A DNA stretch of 63,989 nucleotides, filler included, from Reticulomyxa filosa (Eukaryota; Protista; Foraminifera): NCBI GenBank assembly GCA_000512085.1. It is 18 parts of 18 records of this genome, joined end to end, with 100 filler letters (N's around TTAATTAATTAA, not from the genome) between each part and the next. Parts side by side here need not be neighbours in the genome. Positions count along the whole stretch, not along the records: positions 1 to 4,126 come from ASPP01008992.1; positions 4,227 to 21,647 come from ASPP01001149.1; 16 more parts are not named here. One strand, given 5' to 3'. The notes beneath the pieces were generated by a model, which did no database searches, had not been told where the DNA came from, and saw only the letters and a list, made by a program, of their open reading frames with translations. Each line of letters begins with the position of its first letter. Positions within the stretch are counted from its first letter, which is position 1. Shown piece after piece: positions 1 to 13,200 of this stretch. A program made the translations under genes and the position numbers.

Positions 1-42
1 AAAAAATAAAATAAAAAATAAAAAAAAAAAAAAAAAAAAAAG

Positions 43-1909
43 TGAGGCCATTGATACCCGCAACGGACGTAAAGTGGCAATTAAAAAAAATAAGGGGGTG
101 TTTGATCATATCACCGACGCTCGACGCATCTTACGAGAAATTAAACTGTTGATGTTTTTCAGACATCAAGATGTAGGCCTATATATTTATATACACATAC
201 TTATTTATTTATATATATGTATATATGTATATTTATATACATATACATATATATGCTTCTTTTTTTTTTTTTTTTTTCCGACGATAACAAGACAAAAAGT
301 GAATTGAATTGAAATGCCAACGTAGATAATTGACTTGATTGATGTGGTGGTGCCGGACCAAAGCGAAATTGAAACGTTCAATGAAGTGTATTTGATAATG
401 CCGAAAATGGAAACGACATTGGCCAAAGTGATTCAATCCAAACAAAATTTGACCGACAGACATTTACAATTTTTCCTTTATCAAATCTTGCGTGGATTGA
501 AGTATATGCACTCTGCGGGCGTTATTCACAGAGACTTGGTAATCCACAGTGTTTCTTCTCTCCTCCACATAACACAAGACTAATCACACAACACACGTTA
601 TTATTTTTATTGGTTGACAATTTGTTTGTTTTGTCTAAAAAGGAAGATGTTTGGATATTACTTATATATATATATATATATATATATGTATACATATACA
701 TATACATATATGTATTGTGTGTTATATTAAAAGAAACCGGAAAATATCTTGGTGAACGGCGCAGACTGTGAGGTACGAATCACTGATTTTGGATTGGCTC
801 GTGGCGTGTCCAAAGAGGACGAAGTAGGAAAACCCACCGAATACGTAGTCACGCGATGGTATCGCTCGCCCGAAGTCATGTGCTCTGCTGGCATGTACGA
901 CGAAGCCGTGGATATTTGGTCGGTGGGCTGTATCATGGCCGAATTGATTCTACGCAAACCTTTGTTCCCGGGACAAAACTGTTTTGTCATTGTTTTCTGT
1001 AATAAATTACTCTTCTTTTTCCCCTCCCCCCCCCCACTCTCTCCTCTGCTCTCTTAAACTTGACTTTGGCCTTCAAAACAGACTTGGACCAACTTAAGAT
1101 TATCTTTGACACGATGGGAACACCAAAAGACTTGGAATGGATCAAAACTCCCGAGGCTAAGCGATGGGTGCAAAAATTAAAACCCCATGACGGAAAAGAT
1201 TTGCAGAAGGTCTTTGAAAAAGCCTCTGATAAAGGTTATTCTCGATTCCCACATCCATCTGTGTCTTGCCTTCGCTTTTCACTTTTGCACATTTTTTAAT
1301 ACAAATAAAAATATATACATAATTGGCTTTATAAAACAGCTCGGGATTTGCTGTTGAAAATGCTGACATTGGATCCAAAATATCGCATCACTGCCGTACA
1401 ATCTTTAGAACATCCATGGCTTAGCGACTTGCATCGAGAACAAGATGAAGTCACTTGCCCCAAATTTGATCTTTCTTTTGAATTTGAAAAATCGATTACC
1501 ACCAAATTTGGTGTTCGACGTATGTCACTTTCTTTTTGTAATACTACTAATCTGTTCACAATACATACAACATATTCCCATGCCGTGGCTTGTTTGTTTT
1601 AATAGATATGATGTACGAAGCACTGACAAATTATAAGCAACAAGAAATGACAAAACAAAAGAGCCGATACATGTTATATTTTTTAATTCTAATTTTTTTT
1701 TTTTCTTCCCCTCCCCCTCTCTTCCCAAAATGATAATATATATACTTTGTGTTTTGCTCCTCAACAGAAAAAAGAAAAAATCACACAACCAAGATGAAGC
1801 CGGCTCGAAAAAACCAGAGAAAGTGGAAGAAAAAGAAAATGAAGATGAAGATGAAGAAGAGGAGGAAGAACAACCAGATAAGACTCAAAATGATACCACA
1901 CAAGAATGA
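43..1909 (+). CDS. MAP kinase with TEY activation motif, 5'-truncated, 7 exons visible, acidic C-terminal tail
   Basis: Manual splicing gives continuous kinase motifs: [18 protein letters not shown]|[42 protein letters not shown]|[22 protein letters not shown] introns at 173-325, 539-733, 981-1081, 1235-1339, 1520-1605, 1673-1767. Stop TGA at 1907-1909. Confidence 0.95.
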
Positions 1910-2455
1910 TGCAGCTTTTTGTACATTTTTTCAATTTGTCCAAATTTCTAACTTTTTGTTTCCATTTATTGAGTTGTGTGATTGCGTTTCTTTGGTCAAT
2001 CAAAAACTCCAACATGTACTCTATTCCTCTTCTCCAATATGAAATAAGTTCAATCTTTGCAACGTTCAAACTTCTTTTTTTTTTTTTGATTGAACCTTTG
2101 GAGTAAGTTTTTGTTGTTGCAACTGTTTTGTTGTGTAATGAATGTTGAGATTACATCAACGGTAAATATGTATATTTGTTTCAGCTGCGAAAATATTTCA
2201 TACTGTCACTGTTTCTTTACAAAAAATTAGTTCAACAATTGCAATTGTAAAACGATGTGGATTTACTCTTTGATTTTTCTTTAAGTTCACAAAAAGACTC
2301 TAAATTCCATAAGGAGATAATATTAACAAGATTTGTAAGGAATAATGCAAATTTATCAAACACTTTTATTTTGTTGAAGAATACAAAAATCACTCTGTTT
2401 ATTTAAAATTTGTTTAAAGCAGAAAAAAAACTGTCACACAGAAAAAAGAAGGCTG

Positions 2456-4084
2456 TCACAGTCCTTGATACGTATTGTTTCCAGACTGAACATTTTTTCC
2501 TGAAGTTTGACTTCCCAAAGGAGTCAAAAGTTGACTTTCTACTTTGCGCTTTTTAAAACACTGATAAACCAAACAAATCACCACTCCAGCGAAAACTAAC
2601 ACGAAAAGTACAATTCCGGCAACTGCTCCTGCTGACAATTCGGAACTAGAGCTTGATTTCTCGCATTGAGATGTACCACATTTGCCATCGCAATACCACT
2701 CATCTATTCAAGCGTTCCCATTCCTCCAAAAGTTTACAAGTATAATATCAACAAAATAATGGATTTAGTAAACCAAGACAAAAGAGCAAAACAAACCTTC
2801 ATGAGAATCATATGATACTGGACAGCTGCATGTGTAACCGAATTCTCCGCAAGTGATGGTGACCTCTTTACAGGACTCATATTCTTGATCAACTTCGCAC
2901 GACAAAGCAATGGCATCATATCCCCGTTTGCTATTTTTGACAGTAATGGCCATGTTTTCACAAGTGACTAAGTCCATTGCCTGTTGATTCAATTCGCAAG
3001 TGATGTCACACGCACTGTCGAAATTTTCATTCGCGTCATAGGTGACTTTGGCATCAACACAAGAGCTTCCTCCAATGCATACTAAATTCAAACTCGAATT
3101 TTCATAGCTTTCAATTTGAGCATTGTTACAGTTTTCCTTGTGATCGTTTTGGTCGCTGCCACAGAACATTGATAATTTGCCCGTTTGAAAGCTTTGAAAT
3201 GTTGTATCTTCACAATCACTTTCATAATTACCTTATTATTATTATTATTGTTATTATTGTTATTATTGTTATTATTGTTATTATTGTTATTTTGATCCAC
3301 GCATTAATATTACGATATATGAAATATACAAAAAAATATATACGTAAATACGAAACAAGTAACATAAGCACGATAAATGGTATTGAAATACCAATGACTG
3401 GCTCGAAAGGCTTGTCCAGCGTTAGTAGTGTCCTCACTGGAGACAAAGACATAGGAGCCATATTGGAGTGTCAAACTGGAGTTGTACAAGCCCTGAGCAT
3501 TGGCCGAAATGTTTAGGCTTGAAAAGTTGGCAATCTCGATTACGGTAGCATCACACGAGAAATAATCTGCACAAAACAACTTGACGTTGTCGTATCCATC
3601 GATGGTAAACATTGATTTTGGACATGCATTCGGAGAGTTACAAGTTATATCAATGCTCTTTTCTTTGTTACTCAATTCGGTGGCATCGGCATATACTAAA
3701 TTTCAAACGGAAAAAAAAAAATAAAATAAGATGTTGTATTTATCATAGCTATGCATTATCAAACACATAAAATTACATAAATATATGTAATCAAAGACAA
3801 AACAGGCAAGTCCGGTAGTGGAAACGGTATCAATGTACACGTAGACATCAGGAGAGTTGATAGCAGACAATTGAATGTTACCACATCCGGTGCCAGTGGC
3901 AGTGCAATAAAAGACGCACTTTGGATTGAATTCATGTATCGTTTGGTTTGGACATGAGACAGCCAGCACTTGGTTGGTTATGGTTTCATCGACACGGATA
4001 TTGCAGTCCTTGTTGCTGGGGCAGTTGTATGTACTTTTTGTTGGTAAGCCATGTACAATCCAATACGAGGTTGCATTCCAATCT

Positions 4085-4119
<35 letters not shown>

Positions 4120-4126
4120 TAAAAAA
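2456..4126 (-). CDS. Cys-rich type I membrane (cell-surface) protein, 5'-truncated, multi-exon
   Basis: ORFs 3703-3969, 3310-3675, 2765-3169 and 2456-2638 splice in frame. They carry repeated (I/L)xCxxxxxCxxxx(I/V) units, a Ser linker, a TM helix AVAGIVLFVLVFAGVVICLVY, a basic stop-transfer KKRK and a short tail. Confidence 0.75.
3232..3292. repeat. (ATT/GTT)n microsatellite in an intron of the Cys-rich gene
   Basis: Directly visible TTATTATTG tandem units. Confidence 0.8.
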
Positions 4127-4226
4127 NNNNNNNNNNNNNNNNNNNNNNNNNNNNNNNNNNNNNNNNNNNNTTAATTAATTAANNNNNNNNNNNNNNNNNN
4201 NNNNNNNNNNNNNNNNNNNNNNNNNN
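4127..4226. other. Artificial contig spacer (44 N + TTAATTAATTAA + 44 N), first of 17
   Basis: Identical 100-bp spacers at 4127, 21648, 25829, 27987, 30388, 33664, 34793, 43522, 46281, 47866, 49007, 51800, 53143, 58014, 59459, 60633 and 62890. The palindromic 12-mer puts stops in all six frames. Confidence 0.99.
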
Positions 4227-7200
4227 TATTTGTCCTTGCATCTTCAATATGCATGTACACCATTGCTATCTTTTCTATCTCCACATTTGCAAAGGAACAG
4301 CCCACCAAAGTGAAGATTGTCGGCAGTGCATGGAGAGTCGGAGACAAAGTCAAGTTTCAGTGCAGAATTGATGGTAATGCGTGGACAGCAATTAACATTT
4401 GACCTTCTTGATCGAGCGTCTTTGTTCCGTGTTTTTTTTTTATCTATATGTACGTGTAGATTAAATTTATTTTTGCCTCTAAATGCCACAAAAAAAAAAA
4501 AAATTTAACATTATTACTCAAGTAAAACATGCACGCTAAACAAACATTAGACGGAACATAGGGATTATCGAACCAAAGACAGCGGTGAAAAACAAGCAAG
4601 CCCAAGCGGTTCGAATTTTGGAGTGGGCTGAGAACCCTTTGGAAGGTAAAATTCAAAAATTTGGAGTCAGGTGCATATATACAGTACATGCACATTGTAT
4701 ATGACAAACAATGTGTGGGACAGAAAAATTGGAGGGAAAAGAAGACGTGCCTGATTTCGTAAGCGAATACACAGAGCTGTACAGTCGTCTTTTCGAGGAT
4801 AATGAAAGTGGAAAGGAAGATGAGAACGAGCGTGCGTATAAGAAGCGCTTGAAAGCATGGGTCGCATTGGAAACAGCCAAATATGTGATGGATGAATGCA
4901 TCAATACCAAATGTCAAGTTCCAGAGGAGTTGATAAAACGAGTTATGCAAAACTTTGATCACAAAGATTCCAATATGGGCCAAGTGATAATATCCTTGGA
5001 CAATTTCATTCGCGAGTACCATGAGATAAACGAAGGGGATATGGACTTGACCAAAGTGCAAAACAAATTGAAGCAAATCGAAATCATCCTATCGCCAGAC
5101 TCGGAACGACAAAACAATTTTTATATTGTCTCGCAAGAGTACGGAGACAAGCAATTGAAACAAATTCGGATATATCTTTGTTGTCCAACGTATACTGAGG
5201 TCAAATCAAATCGCGTTCCGCGTGTCTCTTTTCCCAGTGCAGCCACAGGTACGACTCCATTTTCCTTTTCAAAAAAAAAAAAAGAAGGCATATTGCTTGA
5301 CATTAACATCTAACACTAGTGAATCGAAGATATTCAATGCGATTAGTGAAAGAAGACACGCCCTGGTTATTTTGGGCCGATTTTCATGTCAACTCCGGCT
5401 TTGATCTGTCCTGCAACATAGTCCATCATAACAGTGCCATCAGCATAAACATTCCTGCGTCCTCTCAGGCCATGCTTGCAGCGGAACATCCATCGCAGTC
5501 AAAAATGAAAGATCAGAGCGCAATTATATTGAAACACCTAATCCATGGAATTAAGGACGAACATTCTTTCCACTTTGCTGTGGTTGTATTCAATGCTTTA
5601 CAGCAACAACTTTATCTATTGAAGTCACAAGACTTTAACATTGACCCTATTGATATGACTGCAAACTTGGACCAAGTATGCAGTCATATACATATACATA
5701 TGTATATGTATATTATCTGTACATGCTTTTTTTTTTTTTTTGGATTGATGGAAACATAACACTATAATTAAGGCGTTCCAAGCACTATTTGTATGCAACG
5801 TTTGGAAAGAGTGGAACATGAAACAATGGCTATCTGCGAAGCAGTTGTTTGTAGTGATACACACTCTTGGCAAAGACAAGTCTGCGAAATACCTCCGTTC
5901 CTCCTCGGTGATCGAAATCATAGAGTATGCCTTTGGCTCCATTTGCGACTCGCGTTTGCAACGTACGTTATCGTTTGATAAGTTTCTGCTAATCCCATGT
6001 ATCAATTACTTGGCATTCCAAGAGCAGGAGAGGTTTGCACAGTTTGGTGAGTACGTTGAGAGGATTGACTTTCAAAGCGACAAAGTACAATCCGTCAATG
6101 TGACGGACTTCACTGAGGCTCTTATCTTTGACTTGCAATTGCGAAAGGATAAGCAATTCAGTCCCAAGGTGTGGATTGAACAACATTTGCTCCGTTTGTT
6201 GCGTCGTCTTAACGATACCAATTTAACCAAGGGCACTCTCGATTTGCTGCTCGATAACAATAATTATGCCAAGGATGAGCCCTCAAATCCATGGATACAA
6301 TTGTGGAGTCACGAAACATGTTGGGACATGTTTCAAGAGCTGTACAAAACAGAGTTTGCAGAATGGAACAAGCTTATTGAAAAGCTGCAGCAGTGCGTAG
6401 TTAAGTTCGAGGAAATTTCCAAGAAGTTATTGCAAGGATTTCAATCTTCAAGGTTTTTGGAGTTGGTTATGCAATCGACTACTACCATTTACGAATTCTT
6501 GCAATTTGTTCATAAGCAAGACTGCATGTATGTATACGTATATCCTTTTTTTTTTTTTGCAACATCAATCGGATTTGTAACATCAAACAGATGGAAAGAC
6601 AGAAATAGCGTAACAAGGACAATTGGAGCCGTTTCTGCGAAAAGGGACATGAGTGGTGAAGGACTGGCTCTATCTTTGGAACTGCTATGGAGTGTTACTG
6701 TTGTTTGTTTATATATATGTATATGTATATATAATATTTTTGCTGATGTGTCCAATTGAAACAATAAAATGAAATACGTAACGATTGAACATTAGACGAG
6801 AGCAGCAACAATAACAACAACAACAACGACGACGACGACGATGATGACAGTAATGACAAGTGAAAAAGACGTAGAGAAAAGACTGACGAATGAAATACTG
6901 CAACTACTGCTGACGAATGAACAGGCTCGGCCACATTGGATTGCACTCTTGGCAAAAAATTGGAGTGACTCCACGACGGATCACGATTTGTCGGAGGCAC
7001 TCGAACAGTCATTCTGCAGCTGGCTAGGGGAGAAAGACAAGAAGTGCGAGTACGACGAAATTCCATTTCACTCCAAAGTTTTGGAGTTGGTGTCATGTCA
7101 CGAACTGCACGATGCGCAGCCTTATTGCTCGAAGCTGATCGAGAGTCTGAAGGACCGCTCTAACGAGCTGTGCTTGAACAGTGATCAATGGAAGAGTGAT

Positions 7201-10200
7201 CAAATCAGAGCCATCCACGATTGCAGCGACGTAAAGTCTGATTTGTGGGAGGCACTACTTTCAGCGCTGAAAGAAGAAATTCCTTCAAATATGGAACAGC
7301 TGAACGACATCAATGTGGTCGCCATGAGTAACATACTGTGTCAAAACTTGGACTATTGTTTGAAATGTCGATTGTGGTTTCAACAAGATAATCCAATACA
7401 AGAATCACTATTTAAGTTTCTCAATCAATTGCTGGCCAATTTAATCCAATACGAACGTCTGCTTCCCGTTCACGTATACAAATACTTGACGAAACATTTG
7501 CAATATGTCCAGGGACTCTGTTCTTCTGTGTCTTGGACGGATTGGAAAGAGTCGACAGAAAAACTAAAGGAAATGGTGCGACACTATGAAGAGTTTTGCA
7601 AGTTGCTTCGCGTATTTCGACAGACGATCACCGGCGATTTATTCGACCATAATTTGACGCCGCGATTGGCGATCTTGCGAAATGGAAGCGACACTTGGGA
7701 AACGCAGGCATTCTTTAAAACTAAGAGCCAGTACGAGCAAGAGATCAAACAATTGAAAGAGATCCAACCGGATATGGAGAAAGTGATGGAGCAGAGCAAA
7801 AGCTCCATCTTTCGTCATATGTGGAATGATTGTTGTACGACCAATCAAAAAATGCGTGGAAATCTGTTGGTCGTTTTCAAAAAAGTGTTTCAAGACACGA
7901 ATGAGAATTGGGAGCATTTTAAACAGGTGTTGTTTTTTTTTTTTTTTTTTAAAAAATCAAAATAAAAATAAATGTCTATACCTCAATTGTTGTTCTGTGT
8001 GTGTGTGTAGGACCTCCAAAGTGGAACGATCAAGTACAAAGATTTGGTGTTAATGTCTCCAAACGAAAATGATAAGATCCTGAAACTTCTCGAGATTGAA
8101 CTGCAGTATTTATTTCCACAGTTTAGTGATGAAGAACGACATTCGATGATCAATGATGTTGGGACCAAGATCAAAAAAAAGCTCGCATTGACAGAGCGGG
8201 TGGGCCCTTGGACGGAGTTGAAGAAGGTGACGGAGCAAATGAAAGAATACCATCCGCACAAAGACGAAATTGAAGAAGACGACAAATGGAAAAACTTTAG
8301 CGCAGTGTTGACACGAATCGAGGAAATCACAAAGACGAAAGAAGACATGTCGATCAAGGAAGCCTCGGACTGTTATGATACGTGCAACGAATGTGTGGGC
8401 AAAGGCTCCAAATCTTGCATGCAGCTAGGCCTCTTTGCCGTGCTTCTCCAATGCAAAGAGCAAATCAAGGAATTGGCGAGCAATAAAAATTATACCAACG
8501 ACGCAGACTTTAAAACACACTCCATGTGCTAAGCAAGAGTAAGTATCAGAATTTTGAGATATTGCTTCTATGTCTGCGACGTGTCAATCCTGCGATGCAA
8601 GATAAACTGTGGAAGAGTCCCTTGAAAAACATGACTGACCTCGCCAGAGCGATCATGTCGCTTCATTTTGAAGGCTCCGAATTTGTCCAGCAATTAAAGA
8701 AATGCGTCGATGTGAACTTGTCCTCCCTTTCCTCCTTGGTCAACGAAGACGACAAATTGCAAACGAAACAGAGTCTGACACACTTGCAAGAGGCCTCTAC
8801 CAATGGCATTTGGAGCTTTGCCACGTGTGACCAAGTGTTACAAGGGAATACAAACGGCGAGCTGGTGTTGGATATCAATAACACGACCTCATGGCGCCAC
8901 GACGAAATTGGTGAACATATCGACCGCGTTTTGCTTGGCGTGGAAAAAGAAGAGCTGAGAAAAGTCGAGCGCGTCATCCAACAATTTGAAGAATGCAAAG
9001 ACATTAGTGCATTTCGAGTCGAGTTTTGGAAAAAAGGAGGACGCATTCGCAGTAATAATAATAATAATAATGATAATAATGATAATAATGATAATAATGA
9101 TAATGATGAAGTGTTAACTTTGCCTGTGCGCTCGAACGTGAATGACTTTCTTACGTGCAAGGATCTTTGGAGGCGGCGGCTAATGCAATGGGAGCATCAG
9201 TCTCTTCAATTAAGAGAAATGTTTCCTGCACTCAATTATTTCTGTTTCAATGAAATACACTCTTTCATTCGTCAGATTAACACTTTGGTGTCACTCAGCC
9301 GCCTTAATCGTTCCCGCCAAGCACTGAAATCAATTAAGCCGTTTCTCCAAAGAATCAATTGTCAGGTCTCTGATCAGGACGTCGACAAGGTATTGGACAA
9401 TTGGAGAGACTTTGATCGCAGAACGTTGGAAAGTCACGATATTTACGATATCAATGATGGAGTGGGTTTTCAAGAGTGCAGAGATGCAATTGCAAAGTTT
9501 GGAGTGATTCTTCATCCACTATGGGCTTGTTCTTCGCATAACCATACAATCGAAAGGACGTATCCCATCACGTTAAATGCAGGCAAGCCGAACTTGATCC
9601 TTTATTCGAATGGGCCTCTATTATTTGAAGTACTTACCTTATTTGAATCGCAGCAGTGTCTTCCACGAGCAGAGCATATTTTGATTTGCAATGAAAACAC
9701 GACCCAAGAGGACGTCGCTTGCATGATATTTCGAGCCATCACCAATGGCAAGCAAATGCAAACGGAAACATATCACAACTCCGTCAAACCGTTGTATTGT
9801 TTAATGTATCCAGAAAAATTGACACCCGCAACGATGGATCAAATCTGTCAAAGTGTGCGCGATATATTGTTAAACGACATTCAATTGGAAAAATTGAAGC
9901 ATTGCTTTTATATATTTGTTGTCATGTCTTGCAACCCTTACAATCCTTTGTGCAAACTTTTGGAGCCATTTCGTGTATCACTTGCAAACATATCTTCTCA
10001 AACTCTTCCAAATAAAATGCTGTCCCAATTGTATCGCAATCCATGTACCAGTAGTCAATTGCATCACATTGATATGGAGCCGCCATGGATACAATTGTAT
10101 ACGTCAAAGCGGGTTGGAATGGGCAAAAGTAGAGTTATTCGAAGAGATATTCAAATGATTCGAGATAAGCATGCGAACAGCAGTAAAACGGTGATAGATA

Positions 10201-13200
10201 TTTGTGTTGCATTTAATGGCAAAGATATCGATTGGAAACAGATTATGGACCGTCTTTGGAGTTATCATCCTTGTCCCGACGATTCATTGATTGTTTATCA
10301 TTTAAACATTTCATCTTGCGTTTCAAAAGAAATCAATGATTTTTTATTCCAATTGCTGTTTTTGCAACACATCAACTCCAATTCCCAAATTTCCCAATGT
10401 TTTCATGTCAATCCCAATATGGTCTTTTTGATTGAAATTCCCTCCACTTTGGACGGCCCTAACTTCAATGAGTCGATTCAAAGCTTTTTTTACTTGTTCT
10501 TTTCCGCGGTTCAATTTCCGACAGTCCAAGTGTCGAGTCAAAACAATCCATTCGAATTTGAAATGGAGGCACAATATGCTATCAAATGGATGCGACAATA
10601 TTTCAATGGAAGTTTGAGGTATCTCTTTCATATATGTATACATATTTTTATCTTAAACAAAAACAATTGCATTTAAAAAACAACATAACAGTTTTGTTTG
10701 TTTGTTTTTAAAAAACAACAAGGAGAAGAATAGCCAATCCAATTGACACACCTGATCTTGACAAAGACGACATGCAGCTGTTTATGGAGACATACTTTTC
10801 TGAAATAAATAAGTCAAATCCGGTACATCAGTGCTCGTTTTTCAAGTACTTGTATCAACAGTTTGCACTTTTGGCACAGCCGCCATTGAGAAACAAAACA
10901 ACTCAATTGAGACAAGATATCACAAAGTCTGTGATTGATATGGCGAAGATTCTGTGTTGCAATCAATACAATTACATCGAACTCAATGCGGAGGAAGAGC
11001 AAATAAGAATTGAAAGCACTGGCAAAGAAGAATTTTATTTGTGTAAACAATGGCATAATTCCACAAAGAGTTGTTTTTTGGCTACTCGAGATGGAGGTTA
11101 GAATATATACATACATATGCTTTTTTTTAAAAAAAAAAAGCTTGTTGATATTGTTATCACAGAGAGCGTCTCCATATGGATTAATGATTCCAAAAATCTA
11201 AGTTTGCAGCAATTAAATGAGTTCAAAAGATTGGAATTTAGTGTATTTGACAGGCAACAAGAATTGAAAGTGATAGAAGCAACCTTTCCAGTTTGGAATT
11301 TTTGTGTCGTGTGTGTTTTTTTTTTGTATCTTGATATCCCAGAAAATAAAAAATTTGTACTGAAAAAAATGGAAGATGGAAGAATTGAGGACAGAGGAGC
11401 TGGAGGCAGAAGAATTGCTATTACAAACAGAAAAAGAAAAGAAATTGAGAGTATTGTTGTGTATGTTGGGAACCCCAAGACAAGGGACACTGAACAATAG
11501 CAAAGAAGAAGTTAAAGAAGAAAAAGTTGAAGAAGAAAAAAAAGATTATTTTGCAAATGAAAACGCAAATGCAAATGATGAGAACCTGCATGATAAAATT
11601 GTGAACAAGTTATGCAAAGATGAATGGTCGAACTATGTGTTGACATTGGACAATATTTTGAAAATGATTTCAATTTTCATGAAAATTCGGACAAACAGTC
11701 CGGTGATATTGATGGGTGAAACGGGATGTGGAAAGACATCTCTGATCAAATGTTTGTGCCTTGCAGCCAATGTGAATTTGATTGCGGTGGATGTGCATGG
11801 AGGATTTGGAAGGACAGAGCTTCGAAAAGTATTGCATGATTGCAATGCAGAAATGAACAGAGATAAGAAAACAGAGATTTGGATATTTTTGGATGAGGTG
11901 AACACATCTCTGGATATTGGATGGTTTAAGGAGTTGATCTGCGATCGAAGTTTGGATGGAGTGAAAATCAGTGATCAAATAAAGATAATTGCAGCATGTA
12001 ATCCCTATCGATTACGAAGAAGCAGAAGAGGAAAAAAACAAAGCGATGAGACAGCAGTAATAGGAGCAAATGACCCATTGACCAAATGGGTATACCGTGT
12101 ATTTCCATTATGTGAAACGATGAAAGAGCATGTTTGGATCTTTGGTCAGTTGTCAATGTTGGATGAAAAGCAATATATTCGAGCCATGGTGAAGGAATTG
12201 AAAGGAAAGTTTGCTCCACAAAGTGCGGTATACAAGAGAATTAAGAGATGGGAATGGAAGATTGCAAAAGACATTACAACGTCGCAGCGCTTTATACGCC
12301 GCTATTTGACGAACGAGACAGTGGTGTCATTGCGTGATGTGAGCAGATGTCTGAAATTTTTGCATTGGCAAATTGAACAACAACAAACTAAATTGGAGCA
12401 GGAGCCGCAATTGGGTTGGACAGGGAAAGCATTGAACATTGCTTTGGCTTTATGTTACTACTTTCGCTTGGACGAAAGTGGAAGAGCAAGATATGACTCC
12501 ATCATATCCGAGGGAAATCGACGGTCCTTTTCCGAGGCATTAAAGATTGAAATCGATCAATTGTCGCAATTGTTTATCATTCCAACTCACGTGGCAGTGC
12601 ACGACATTTTGAAAGAAAATCTATTTGTTTTATTCTTTTGCATTGTCACAGCCACTCCTGTCATACTGGTCGGAGACCCAGGCACATCCAAAACCATGTC
12701 TTTGCAGATCATCCTTGACACGATGTCCTTCCTCCATATCAAAGACTTTCGCCAGGCCTTGCAAGATAATCACTTGTGCTTCGACGTGAAGCCATTGCAT
12801 TGTCTCGCATTCCAAGGCACCACCGCTTGCAAGTCCAGTGCAATCAAGGAAATGTGGGAACAAGCTCAGAGATATTCCAAGGATCAATCCACTACTACGT
12901 TCTTTCTGTTCGATGAAATTGGATTAGCGGAACAGGCTCCAGACAATCCTTTGAAAATTTTGCATCAATTGCTGGAAAATCCCAACATTCCATTTGTCGG
13001 CATTTCCAATTGGGATTTGGACGCTGCAAAGATGAATCGAATGATCATGCATTTCATCCCTCCTCTGGGCCATTGTGATCTGATCCAAACTGCACAGGTC
13101 ATTGTCTCTGGAGCAAATGCTACTTTTTCTGATCAACACATTCAACAGCTAATAAAAGTGTACGAGGCAATTATCAGCTGTGACGCAGATGCATTTTGTC

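Noticed and set aside
8505-8535. Programmed -1 ribosomal frameshift at TTTAAAAC
   Set aside because: The heptamer is not in the required frame, and similar +1 and -1 breaks recur at other homopolymers, which points to sequencing error.
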